DNA of 63,623 bases, filler included, from Phoronis australis (taxonomy: Eukaryota > Animalia > Phoronida), in the NCBI GenBank assembly GCA_002633005.1. It is 9 parts of 9 records of this genome, joined end to end, with 100 filler letters (N's around TTAATTAATTAA, not from the genome) between each part and the next. Parts side by side here need not be neighbours in the genome. Positions count along the whole stretch, not along the records: positions 61,992 to 63,623 come from NMRA01001851.1; 8 more parts are not named here. The stretch is one strand, 5' to 3'. How positions within the stretch are numbered: position 1 is the stretch's first letter; each line of letters opens with the position of its first letter. Below, one piece after another: positions 63,402 to 63,623 of this stretch. The notes beneath the pieces were generated by a model. The model made no database searches, had not been told where the DNA came from, and saw only the letters and a program-made list of their open reading frames with translations. The translations under genes and the position numbers were made by a program.

Positions 63402-63623
63402 GCTACCCGAAATCCAGCCGTCGCCACCCGTCATTGACTATACTAAGCTGGCTGCAGAATTGAAAAGGCTCTACGACGCAGATTCTACCGCTCCGCCGCT
63501 CACTGTTAGCCAGCCGCTGGACCTGTCACCTTCGATCTACCCCTCCCAGCCGACGTTCACTGCCCCACCTTCAGCCTCCGATGCGACTACCTCTCCGTCT
63601 TTTTCGGGTATTGACCCTTCTTC
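63402..63623 (+). mobile_element. Possible DIRS/Ngaro ORF1 (gag-like) fragment
   Basis: Abrupt shift to C-rich composition; open frame LPEIQPSPPVIDYTKLAAELKRL followed by a Pro/Ser/Thr-rich stretch. Confidence 0.4.

Noticed and set aside
44891-63623. PTP, methyltransferase, sushi and fucosyltransferase genes as one functional cluster
   Set aside because: Each gene lies on a different linker-separated contig, so linkage is unproven.

Overview
AT-rich, transposon-saturated genomic DNA from an invertebrate animal (GT-AG introns, metazoan protein families). The window is a chain of contigs joined by 100-nt spacers (44 N + TTAATTAATTAA + 44 N), so adjacency across spacers is not evidence of linkage. 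Host genes supported by the sequence: three consecutive PTP-domain exons of a PTPN3/PTPN4 (PTP-MEG) orthologue on the minus strand, one exon present twice; the 3' four exons of an intron-containing SABATH-like (Methyltransf_7) SAM-dependent methyltransferase; an array of 177-nt phase 1-1 sushi/CCP exons; and a disrupted GT10 alpha-1,3-fucosyltransferase. The rest is decayed mobile DNA: Tx1/L1, L2/Crack, RTE-X-like and Hero non-LTR elements, four fold-back Penelope-like remnants with minimal hammerhead-ribozyme motifs, DIRS/Ngaro-like fragments, a Polinton/adintovirus-type PolB fossil, a P-like element with an 8-bp TSD and many MITEs. The strongest window-wide signal is more than 30 copies of the palindrome TACATGTA, which has the form of a Tc1/mariner excision footprint. 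All family assignments come from motif recognition by eye, not from database searches.
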